Origin: Trichinella spiralis
Lineage: Eukaryota
Length of the DNA: 64,000 bases
Assembly (NCBI RefSeq): GCF_000181795.1
Contig: NW_003526943.1
Location: 7,461,566-7,525,565 of the forward strand
Reading direction: 5' to 3'
The notes under the pieces are model-generated. The model was not told the origin of the DNA, did not search any database, and worked only from the letters and a program-made list of their open reading frames with translations. Shown in pieces: positions 12,002 through 24,513 of this stretch. Both the position numbers and the translations under genes were made by a program. Numbering within the stretch: position 1 is the stretch's first letter; every line of letters starts with the position of its first letter.

Positions 12002-15000
12002 CATCCTGATTTGTAGAGGCAGCATGTATAAGCTGTTCGTTAGTACTAAATAAAATGAAAATATCATGGTAAATTATATAAAATGACGATAAAATTTTTA
12101 GTCTGAAAAGCATATTCATGTGCTGATTTGCATCCTATTCGTAGAATAGATTCGTTTATCATTATTTGCAAAACAAGTCAGCTTTATAATTCTGAAATTT
12201 TGTATAAACTGTAATTCACTTTCCTGCCAAAGAATCAATAGTGTATTTGAATGATGAATAGCTGAAATATTCAAATGTGAAAATTTTATTTTCCAAGAAC
12301 ATTTTAATTTTATATGCAATCAAAAATATTAAAAATGCATTATCTTTAGCACTATCTTAGGTGAATTGTAAATCTTTCAATGGAGAAAATTAATGAAATA
12401 TATTTATTGTGATCATCAACATGAGGGAGCATGACAAATGTTGAAATGAGAATTATTAAAATTTAATCAGTTCTGTTGAACTAATCAACTGCGTTTTATT
12501 TATTCTTTGTTTATTGTACATACTTTAAAGAAAATCTATTGTTATTTGTTAATTGATGTGTTAATTAATTTAGTACTTTCATTTGAATACATGCCCTTGA
12601 AATCGAAAGGAAACTTTCTACAATATATACTTTTTCCATCACTGATTGATTTTATAAGTTATTTAAACAGTATCCATGCAAATATTGTGCAATGCTTCAG
12701 TGAGTATTGTCTTGAAAAAACGATTAGTAAAGAAGCTTAAAATTCTGAACAAACACAATGAATAGAAACTTTAAAGCATAAAAAGAAGTTTTTATAACAT
12801 CAAATTTGAATAAATCAATCCTATAAAATAAATGACAGTTCAAAAAGCTGGGAAATTCATAGTATTTTGCTTATTTTTAGTGTTGGAAGAATGCAGTGTG
12901 ACTATTCATTTAAATTTTTTTATTATTAAAATATAACATTTTTAATAAAAAATAATAAGAAATAAATTAAATGATAGATATATATTTGTTTCCTAGTAGC
13001 AGTTATTTTTAAAAGAGATAACCCTGAGCATCTTATTACTGAAGCTAAATGAGATCCAAATTGTGAAACATTCATGAAAGCTGAAAACTGTTATAAAATG
13101 TAAACAACTTATTAAAACTCATGAAATTTATTTAAAAAAAGCTGAAAACCATTTGAAATATTTTTCAAATGTGCGTGTTTTAAAATAATTGAATAAGAAA
13201 CCAAACAAAGGTTATTAACAGAGTACATTTAGCTATTTTAAGCTGTAGAATCCCAAACTCAGCAACAACAGTGATGTTTGTAAAATTGAAAATATTTAAA
13301 TGAAATAAGTCATTTTAAAATAATATCGATTGTTTTATTTGCTACATAAAAACGCCAAAACTGAAGCATACCCTTGAAAGTAACATTTGAACTCCAATTT
13401 ATTTTCTGGAAAGTTATTTTTTGGCATAAAACTGTAAAATAAATAATAAATCAGCGCATGTTGAAAAGTATCATTAAATTTTTAATATCAAATTAATTTT
13501 AAAAAATAATAAATAAAAATGAAACCTACAGTTTATGCTTTTGATAATAATGATTACAAAACGATGAATTTAAAAAGGGCTTTGAAAATAAAAATTATTC
13601 AAACTGGATTTCAGATTCTATTTAAAAGCTCTATTACAAAATTTTTTGTTATGGAACCACAGCGTGAACAAAAGCTATTTGTACATTGATCAATGGCTTC
13701 TCATGCTAGCAGACATGTAAAAAATATAATTTTTACCGGATGTATTTGTTTATAATAATATTTCTCTGTTTGCGTTAAACTTTACAAAACGCCATAACAA
13801 GAAATATGCCATATTTTAAAAATGCTTTGAAGCTTCAAATAAATATAGGGCAAAGTTTTGAAACTTTATCATGACATGATTGCGTGATTTTTAATTTTTT
13901 TGTTTTTGTTTATTGTTGGCATGTTAATTCATACAAGCGGTGCAATTTAATTTTAAAATATTTCAGCTACAATAGTAATGATGATAAAGAGTTTTTTTTA
14001 TTTCAAAAAGAAAGTCTAAAAAAATTCAACAAATGTTGATATGGAGTGGTAAATTATTATACAAAATTCCTTCACACATAAATAATATTTGAAGATTCGC
14101 ACTGACAAATTTATTTGTATGATCATTTCAATTAAATGTAAATAGAAATATTAATGCAGTACTTCTTATGCTACTTGATGGAAAGTAATGAAAGCGTAAA
14201 AATCAATTTGACTGTTTAACGAATTAGTCGCTACTGCTTCATGTTCAAGTTTGATATCAATAATTCACCAATAATGTCATTAAATATTGACATGAAATTT
14301 GCATAATCATTAATCAAATGTTTTCAAGCTTAAAATAGATTTGTATCATATCATGCAGTTAGAATAAAGTGCAGATGTAATTTTTGTATGTTATTTTATT
14401 TTGAAACATTACTTCTGGATAATTGAAAGAAATTTTATTTTTTCATTTTATGCGCATACTTTTGCCGTCATATTTGAAAAGTGATAATTGAAACAATTAA
14501 TTTTTGTAATAATAACGCATATTAATGCCTTCACGGCGGTATTTGCTGAATGAAATACTGGAAAAATTTGCCATTAATTAAAAATTCATAAATAAAAATG
14601 CCAAGAATTGAATATTGGACTGATTATCAACAGATGATAATAATGGCTGAACCATTTTTTTTCTAAAAATTTTACAATTCAAGCGATGGTGCTTACATAT
14701 CTGGCAGAACATAACCTGACAAAATTTTATTTGAGAACTTTAAGAGTATTTTAATTTAAATATATCTCAAAATTAAGATTTGAATGCCTCAGTTGTGTTC
14801 TGCTGAAAGTATCGCTAATAATTAAAAAACTTGAGATAATCAAAAGATAGATAGCATTGAAATTATTATGAAGAATGAAATATTGAACATGATTAATTTT
14901 TTGAGTAAAAAATATTAAACTGTAATTATGTATAATTTGAAATCTTGTATAAAAATAAGTTACGTATTATTTTGATGCAGTGTGTTTATTTTACACTTGG

Positions 15001-15739
15001 AAAGTGGTTCCTCTGAAGCAGTACTGCACAGTGAAATTAATAAATTCAGTTACAACAACATGCATTACATGCAATGAGACAATTTATTTTGAGAAATTAA
15101 AATATGAGAAGAAATAGCTAACGGTTGGTTGGTTGGTTGATTAGCATGGCATGCTGTTCAAGGGAATTCTTCTACAAGTCATCTGGTTAAGCTAGTTAAG
15201 TGGTAATAAATGAAATACCTCAATGGATCACAAATGGAAAGTTGATATCCCATTATTTGTCAGGTAATGATCATCATTTGATTAAGATTTTAAATTCTCA
15301 TTCTCATTAATTTTATGTATATCAATGAGATTATTGCCAGTATTTTTGACAAACGATGGACATATCGGTAGTGAAAAGTAATTATCACATAATCATAAAG
15401 TGGCGGAAAAATTTGTCATCCCAACTAATGTCACAACTGCATAAGGTGGTTTTGTACATGACGTCAAAATGAAACTAAAGCGATAACGATTGGCCAGTCG
15501 ATCAAGCTTATTATTATTATTATTATTATTATAATGCAAGCTCTCCTGTTCTACCGGAACATTTCTGAAAGCAAGAACTTGTCTTGACAGGCACGTTTCA
15601 AAAATTGTCATCTATTTATGAGTCGAATCTGATTCAATTCAACAGGTATGTAAAAACCAGACTCTCGAAATTGCTGCTATATTCTGCTGATAGCTCTGCT
15701 TTATTGTTTACAAAATTGTTTGCTTGATCAACGCCAAGT

Positions 15740-18700
15740 ATGGTTCACATTTCGGTATGGAATATATATATTTTTTAAAATAATCTCTATTAATCTGTTT
15801 TTTTAATAAACTTATTTCAGATTGACAGCAGTGCAAGCACGCACGCGCAACTTAACATTCGACCAACTAAGATCACTGCAAAAGTGATCATACTTACTTT
15901 GATAGCTGTGTTGAGTGGCTTTCTGTTCGGCTATGATACCGGTGTTGTTTCGGGTGCTATGCTAATTGTCAAAGTTCAATTTGATTTGGATGATATCTGG
16001 CAGGAGGTAGGCCATCGTATTTTGCAATTTTAATCTTAATTTTGTTTACAGCAGAATTCAAATTACATCACATTTGCATAAGTTTTTTTGTTGCTTTTCT
16101 ATTTATTGTTTATTATCAGTAAGAATATTTTTAAAGATTCTTCTACTTTGTGAACAACAACAGCAACAACAAAACACTGCAGCTTGTTATTCTGGAATTC
16201 TTTGAAATGTATTTGAATATTATTGAAAAGTTAAAAAAACATAAGTATAACATGCTTTTTACAGTTGGTTGTTTATTTGTTGATTAAGATGTACTTTTTA
16301 GTTTTTTTTTGTGTACGCTTAATCATTTGAACAAAAAGTTGATCACATTGTACACTGACAAATGCATTATTGTTTTTTATGTTGTTAGCAAAGTATTTAT
16401 TTAATTTTTATTCAAGTGTTGATACTTTTTAAAATCAATTCAACCTAGCAAACATAAACGTAAAGTAAATGTAAATATAATTTAAAGCATGGAATGTATG
16501 TAAAAACTACATCTTCCATACAACATAGCATAGCATAACATAACATGTGATCAGAAATCAATTTTCATATTTCACTAATTGTATTATAAATTAACAAAAT
16601 AACAAATCAAATGGTTCATAAATTATTCTTCCCAATTTTTGTAAACCAGAAATGATGTTGTCATGATTAATTTTCATTTAAGCAATTTGTATAAATGTAA
16701 TTTATTCAATAATGCTCATTTATTTTATATTCACTTCTTTTTCACTTTCGAACTGAAACTTGACAAGTAATTTTATTGAATTAAAAAAGATAAACTTTCA
16801 AGGTTGAAAAGGAAGTCAGTCATTTATTATAGAAATTTGAAAAATAATAAAATGCAGCCTAAAGAAATTTCAAAATTGAATAAGCAAATGATTGATCAAT
16901 TTTTAATGAAAATTAAAAGTGATAGAAAGTAGTAATGTTATTTCAAAAATGTATCTTTTTTCATTTTTCATAATTTATTATTCATAATCTTGTTAACATC
17001 TTCTGACAAACATTTCAAAGATTACGATCATTTCAGTTGTCAGTGCAGCACATCTTACTTTTACAAATTTATTTTAGCAATGCGCATTCTCAGAACTCCA
17101 ATCATGACAGGAAATTTTTATTTAATCACACAACCATATAAGTCTGTTTTATTATTCATTCGCATTGTCATAAACATTTTTGAAACATTTTCATCAATTA
17201 ATATTAATTTTTATTATTATTTAACTTTAATTATTTAAATCTTGAATCTTTAATGAAATTTTAAACTATAATGCTGTATATATTTTTTTCTAATGAGTTT
17301 AGTTAATTGTAAGTGTCACTGTTGGCGCTGCAGCAATTTTTGCCCTTATCGGTGGTTGGATGAATGAAAAATATGGAAGGAAAAAGTCCATTTTACTTTC
17401 CTGCGTATTGTTCGTTATTGGATCTGTTATTCTTGGAGCAGCTAATAGCAGAGAAGTACTGCTTGTGGGCAGAGTCATTGTTGGAGCTGCAATTGGTAAA
17501 TTTATTTCAAACTTTTTAAAATGAAACAATATTTTGACTGTATTGCATAACAAGGCTAGTTCTGGTTGTTTGAATATTTCATTTTTACTAAAATGTAATA
17601 AAATGCAACTTTTGTTTTTCTATAAAATTATTATAATTGCACCGCTTAAATTTCAGGCATTTCTTCAATGACAATTCCTGCATATATTGCTGAGACATCA
17701 CCACCGCATATCCGTGGCCGTATGATTGTAATGTTCCAGTTGCTCATCACATTTGGCTTTTGGGTATCTGGCTTATTAAACGCAGCGTTTAGCTACATTC
17801 CAGATGATAATGTGAACTGGAGGTAAATGAGAATAATTTTTACATTTGAATTATTAACTGTAATTTGAATAAATGAAAATAGACTTATGTTGGGCGTAGC
17901 TGCTATTCCTGCATTTATACAATTTATTGGATTTATGTTCATGCCCGAAAGTCCCCGTTGGCTGGCAATGAAAGGCCAAGTTGAAAGTGCCTTCAACATT
18001 TTGACCGGCATATATGGAGAAGATGACACCGGCGTGAAACTGGCTCAGAATGATATTGATCAAATTAAAGATGCCCAAGAACAAAGGGAAAAAGACAATG
18101 AAGCTAAAGGTAAACACTTATTTAAATTTATTTAATTGTACAAGCACTGATTTGTTCCTTTTATGCTTATTATTTACTTTTATTGGACATTTTTATTTAT
18201 TTATTTTAAATAATGTTCAAATTGAGTTGATGTCGGCAATTTTTGGTAAAGCAGGAAGGTATCAATAACAATTTCTATTTTTAAATTAGAAAATGACTTG
18301 ATTTGAATTATGCATTATACCAGTGGCTCTCAAAGTGTGGGTTGCGTAAAATGTCAAAGTAAGGAAGCTGTCTTTATGTTCATTAGGAGAGTTTTTCAAA
18401 TTGCTCATCAAAAATTGTTGGGTGAGCAATTAAACTTTGATTCAATTACTGATGATCTGTGAATCACTATCTCCGGTTCTCACAGCGCCCCGATGTTGTG
18501 GCTACAGGTATATCCACAGAGGCAGACGAATAATTAATCGATTTGTCTGAAGATTCTTCGTTTAAAATGAGTTTTGATCATAAAAGATTAACATATCCAA
18601 ATGTTTCCATTGCAGCATTAAAAGTGCTGTCTTTTTTTACTACTTGTACATTTGTGAAGTTAGATTTTCATCAATATTGGAATTGAAAGCAAATTTCGAA

Positions 18701-20696
18701 ATAAACTACAATTATCCAACATCTTGCATCTAAAACTAAAACGTATTAGTGTGGACGTCAAAGACAAAACAGAAAACAGACCCATTGTTCACATACACAT
18801 CATTGTGCTAATACTTTTAAATAAATAAACTAATAAACTTTAAACTAATAAACTTATAAATTATAATTAGGTGTATTCATTAAAAAATTTAAAAGTATTA
18901 AACTAATATTTTTTATTTAACCCCCTTGCCTTTTATAATATGCAATCCAAGTCGATAGGTCGCAGCCGAGAAAAGTTTGAGAACCACTGCATTAGACAAT
19001 AGTACTTATAGCAGTGCAAACAAAGCTGTACATTTGAAAACGACGTTCTACAAATTAAAGATGACTTAAAGCCATCAGAAAAAGAAGTCCTCGTTTTAAA
19101 TAAATAATAATTATTAAATGTTTTTAGGAAAAGAAAAATTTACATTTATTGCAATGATAAAAAAGCCTGAAACTAGAAAAGCGTTGGTAATTGGATGCGC
19201 GATGCAAATGTTCCAACAGTTGTCCGGAATTAACACCGTAATGTACGTATCAACATTGAAAAGAAGCTGTTTCCAACAATGTTAATTTTAATATTTTAAA
19301 TGTTTAGGTATTACAGTGCTTCGATTGTTCAAATGGGTGGTGTCCGAAGCCGCACCATGGCTATTTGGATGGCAGCAGTTACTTCAGGCTTCAATTTCTT
19401 TTGCACATTTATTGGAATATATCTTGTTGAAAGAGTTGGACGCAGAAAAGTTTTACTTGGAAGTACTTTAGGTAGCGCCAAATTTGATTATTAAATAAGC
19501 TGATTCGCTGCATATAATATTTTCAATTTTAAGGTGTTGTTTTAAGTTTGCTTGTTCTTGGCATTGGATTCACCATGATTTCAGTGGACTCACCTGTCCA
19601 TGAATTTGATGAAATGCAATACGATGGTGGAAAATTCGCTGATTTAGCGATACTTGATCCATGTCGTGGTTTAGGGTTCGTAAAATTATTCCATTTTTAT
19701 AACAAAGCATTCTTATGCATTTTAAATAATCCCGCTGAATTACATAGCATATTAAATTTACATGTTTAGATGCGACGCATGCTCTTATCAAGAATCATGT
19801 GGATTTTGTTATGATCCAAGCAACCCATCATCAAATGGCTCTTGCGTTTCTACATACAGCGCTGTAGTTAATGGCCATCATGTGGAATCTAATCAATGGG
19901 CAAACTACGGACGTTGTGCCAGGAAAGATTTTTCATCACCCCTAACGTCAGAAACTATTCAACTTGCAGAACCAAACGCACAATTTGATTATGGCTACTG
20001 TATAACAAAATATTCATGGATTCCAATCCTTGCAATGGCCATTTATTTATGCTGCTTCTCTGTTGGTAAGAAAACTTTGATAACAAATAATTTAAATAAT
20101 AACTTTAATTAATACAACGCAAATTATTTAGGAATGGGAGGTGTGCCTTGGACCATTAACGCGTATGTTCAGAATATTGAAGCTTTTTACATATTTTATT
20201 CATTTATTTTATAAAAAATTTCAGTGAAATTTATCCAAACTGGGCCAGAAGCACCGGCACATCTATTGCAACGTTTGTAAATTGGTTTTTTAATTTGATT
20301 ATTTCTCTTACATTTTTAACACTGGCTAGAGCAATTACACGCCAAGGTAAAAAGACCAAACTTTTGCTTTATTATATTTAAAATATTATATTACTTAGGA
20401 GCATTCTTTCTCTACGCTGCAATAAGTGCCATTGGAATGATCCTATTTTACTTGATTGTGCCTGAAACAAAAGGAATCAGCATTGAAGACATTGAAATTT
20501 TACTTAGAGGTTCATGGATATACAATGAAAAGTAGGCTTTTATGCTGTTACTTTAAAAATGTACTTTTCAAAACAAACATTTAAATTTATTAGAAAAGCC
20601 AAGAAGGTGGTAAAAGCCAGAAACTCAAAAGTTCATCCTGTTGACATTGTTATAAATACCGTTGCAGAAGAAGCAGAGAAAACTACCAGATTCTGA
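15740..20696 (+). CDS. hmit-1: Proton/myo-inositol cotransporter (SLC2A13/HMIT, MFS sugar porter)
   Basis: Exons 15740-15754, 15821-16006, 17303-17495, 17657-17822, 17883-18109, 19128-19242, 19308-19471, 19534-19675, 19770-20065, 20132-20162, 20225-20346, 20399-20531, 20594-20696. Motifs [43 protein letters not shown], the HMIT-type Cys loop CDAC...CGFC, PWTINAEIYP and PETKG. Confidence 0.93.
18321..18989 (+). mobile_element. Non-autonomous hAT (Charlie/Buster-type) element in an HMIT intron
   Basis: TIRs CAGTGGCTCTCAAAGT (18321) and AGTTTGAGAACCACTG (ending 18989). 8-bp TSD CATTATAC/CATTAGAC (7/8 match). Internal degraded transposase C-terminus ([27 protein letters not shown]). Confidence 0.85.
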
Positions 20697-21784
20697 TGTT
20701 AAATATTGGATACCATCTTTTATAATTCATAGAAAATTGTCCTTACTTTTAATCTGTATTTCTATGTAAAATAAGCAAATGCTGCCTGTATGTAGAAAAC
20801 ATATGTTTATATACAAAATGTAGAATGCAATGTGCAACTATGCATTATTTGTTACGCTCAACTTTATATTTGACAGTTATAATCAGCAGTTTGAAATTTT
20901 GCATGAACTTCTCTTGCCTCAGTTGTTTTTAATGTACATATTGTAAATGGAAAAATCAAAATAAACAATTTAATGCGTGATGTGTTTTGTTAACAGTCAT
21001 GACCTTGTGCAATATTTTACAATAAATCACTGGATTTTAATAAAAGCCATTTATTTCAATAAAAATGGTGAGTTCTGTTTTGCCTTTTTTAAATAAAATG
21101 ACATGATTTAAACAAAATAAATAACAAATTTGCTTGCATATATAATTTTCATATGTAAAATTCATATTTACATAACTTTAATGTAAAAATAAGCAAATGT
21201 TTGTTAATTTCTTATATTAATGATTTTACAAACACAAAATGATAACACGTAGCATTAACTTTATAAAAATTACGCATTTTTATAAAGTTTAACTTTAATT
21301 AATTATTGAAGAAATGAGAAAAACTAAAAATATTTTAATTTCATAATGATAAATAAAAAGGCAATGGCTATTGTCTTTTACAACATTTACTGGTTGCAAA
21401 ACTTTGCATAATTTAAACATTGAAACAGCTTTAAAATTTATTCAAGTGAAAAAATAAAGCAATTTTGAAGTGCTGAACGAGTACAAAGCACCGGTGATGA
21501 AAACTGTATTAAAAATTTCTCCTGTTAATTAGCAAACCAAGGACCAGTGTAAAAAAGTTTTAAGCCTTTTCCTTCTAAGAAGATGCTGCTTACCAATAGA
21601 ATTGCTATAGTGCAAATTGTGCACTTATGAATTTCTTTTTCATCATCATGCTACTGAATGTGAGAAAAACAGATTGCAGCCGAACAATGATACTGCCTTC
21701 CTGAGGGAAATATCTTGCATAGATGAAAACGTTACAGTCAGAGTAACAAAGAGATTAAAACAAATTAGCAGCAGATCGCTGAAT

Positions 21785-24513
21785 CTACTGTTCTCCTTCT
21801 TCTTGATTGGACATGTTAACCACAACAATTTCAGGCACTTCCACGTGATTTATCTTGTTGGAGCGAAACTGAGGCGGTGGTGGCGACAAAATATTCGAAT
21901 CAAGAAATTTTGGACTGTCTTGATTCTTTGGTGAGCAAGGCGTTGTCTCCCCAGAACAACCGCTAGGCACGTGAAATGATGAATGAGTTTCAGAATCGAA
22001 GCCATCATCACTTGTACCGTCATAATATTGAGAAGTAAAATTGACATTGGTTACCTTAAAATAAAATCATAGCATATAAAGACAAAATATACAAATACAT
22101 ATATACAAGAAATTTTGAAATACTTTCAGTTCTTCAAGCTTTTTGGCAGAATAATGCGGTGTACGCACGGCGTACGTGTTGTGGAAAAGGCTCCAATCTA
22201 CCTGGTAACCGCCGTTTACTTTTTGATATGTGAACAACTTTTCAAATCTAAATGCTATCAACGTTAAAGAACAAATCAAATCGACTAATATTTCACAAAG
22301 CAATAACCTGTGACCCCAGTTGATTTCAGAAGGCAGATAAGAAGTTAGAGCCTGAGCGGTCATTCCGGTACTTTCGACAATCCCTTCTAAGATGGCGACA
22401 ACTTCGAACTGAGCTGAAGCCAAACTTTCTGCAGAATATTCATATAATGGGCTACGATAATCGATAACATGACAAATAGTCATTGGCCAGACGAGGAAAA
22501 CTCGATCCAAGCCGCGGTCAAATCCAACATCCATTTCGTGCTGATCAAGTGGCAGTATTTCACCTTCTTCAGTCACAGTCTTGCGAATTATTTGCAGACG
22601 AACATGAGCCTCAACCAGATGCGTATCTCGCATATCACCGACGCGAAATAAAAAGCATAGTTGGCCATTGCGAAGTGAGATGCATGCATACTTGCTGAAA
22701 ATTAACGTTTCAGCACGATTTTTTGGTCGCGCCAATTTTGCAAACACAATTCCGGCAATAAAAGATTGTATTAAAAGCCCGTATATGGACTGCGCACAGA
22801 GAACAGTAATTGCTGAGCTGCAGTTCGTTGTAATATATCTACAATAAAAAATAAATTTTTTTACACGCAACATAAAAAATTATTTCATTATTGTAATAAT
22901 AAACTTTTGAATGATGAACTGTTTGTTAGTGGTGCAAACTAAAAATGAAGGATAATAAATAATTTTAAAGTAACGTTAAGCAACTGCTTAATAATAACTA
23001 ATATGACAATGCTGCGCAAAAATTGATTTGCCATGTTACTATACAAATATTATAATTATCTATAGAAAGAAAAAGTCACCTTTTCCCAAAACCAATCGTA
23101 TGTTGACTTTCCACGGAAAAGAGAAAAATCGACGTAAAATCAAAAACGTTTGTGATGCATGGAGTCCAATGCTCGTCGCTGTTGTGCTGCAAGTCTCCAT
23201 GCAACCAGCAAATAACGTAATATATTACTGCAAAGAATATCCAACTAATCACAAAAAATCCGCTAAATAGCACCAAGCTATAGCGCCACTTAACATCAAG
23301 TAGTGTTGTAAACAAATCTCTGAAATATATTCAATTTAACATGACAAATTGAAATTTTATCAAGTAAAAATGTATTAATTATTAACCGTAAAAAAGACAG
23401 AAACAAAATGGAAATATTTTACAATTATTGTCATTCATTTTATTAACTTTTAATTCATTTTCATACTCTGGGATTTATGATCATTGCCTTGTTTATATTA
23501 ATATACATTTCACTAAAGTTCGAAACTTAAAAATGAATGCATTTCAAATGTCTATGCGATTTCACTTTTAGGTTAAAAATTCTACAAAACAATAATATAA
23601 GCATGCACTAACTTATTGTTTAAATTAATTATGCCGCTATTATAATGAAGTGCGATAGTATTTTAAATTCAAATTGTTTATTTAATTTTTTAATTGTTAA
23701 TTCTCTATTGCCTTGCACTATTACAGGGTAAACTGTAATGAATCAAGTTAACTGTCATTCTTATTTATTCATAAAATTTTTTTCTAAAATCACTAATGCT
23801 TTTCTATATTGTAACAAACAGTAGTTTTAGTGATAAAAACATTCGTGTGTTGTTGGTTTGTGATACCAAGAAGTAGGTGCTTCTCATATTTATGTATACA
23901 TATTAAAACATTTGTTGATATCACTATGCATTTTAATAAAGAAAACATATGCACGTCTTCTGATATAGCATCAGAGTGAACTGCACATCTGAGATGTCTT
24001 GTTTCAGATAATTTAATTAAAAAATTGTACAGGAGATTCATTATGAAATAAAAAAGTAGTCATTTAATAATTAATTAAAACATGAAGTCGTTTTGTAATA
24101 AATTTTCAGAAAACAATAATTTATTAAAAAGATCCAATTATTAGATCGCTATTAGACATAAAAAAATAGCTATATATTTCAAAGTGATTGCTGAAAAACA
24201 TCATCATATTACCTGATGTACTGGCGCTCCAGTTTCGGAACGTTGTTTCGAGTGACGTTAACTTCTCCATTTTTCTTGACCAGGCGACTTCTTTTAACCT
24301 TCTTTTGCAAAAGACGTCGACTGACGTCATTAGAGCTTATTACAAATGGGATAGCGCCGAATGATCGAAAGCTATCTGAAAAAATAATTATTAATATTAA
24401 AATAGATTATGGTTATTAACTTTCCAACGGAAAAAGCAAAACTAACGAGTTAAAGCAACTTGCTGCAAAAATCCTGTCTTTTTACGCTCTTTTCGTAGTA
24501 CAATGTGGTTCAT
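21785..24513 (-). CDS. Inward-rectifier potassium channel (Kir/irk), proximal-promoter model
   Basis: Exons 24513-24447, 24375-24213 (RSRLVKKNGEVNV), 23319-23080 (DLFTTLLDVKWRY...FLFSVESQHTIGFG), 22838-22308 (FAKLARPKNRAETLIFS, FRVGDMR, FLVWPMTICHVID, EVVAILEG, SYLPSEINWGHR), 22247-22124, 22054-21785. Confidence 0.93.

Noticed and set aside
21257..21289. Perfect 14-bp inverted repeat between the HMIT and Kir 3' ends
   Set aside because: Almost all A/T, so it can arise by chance at this base composition; no other support.
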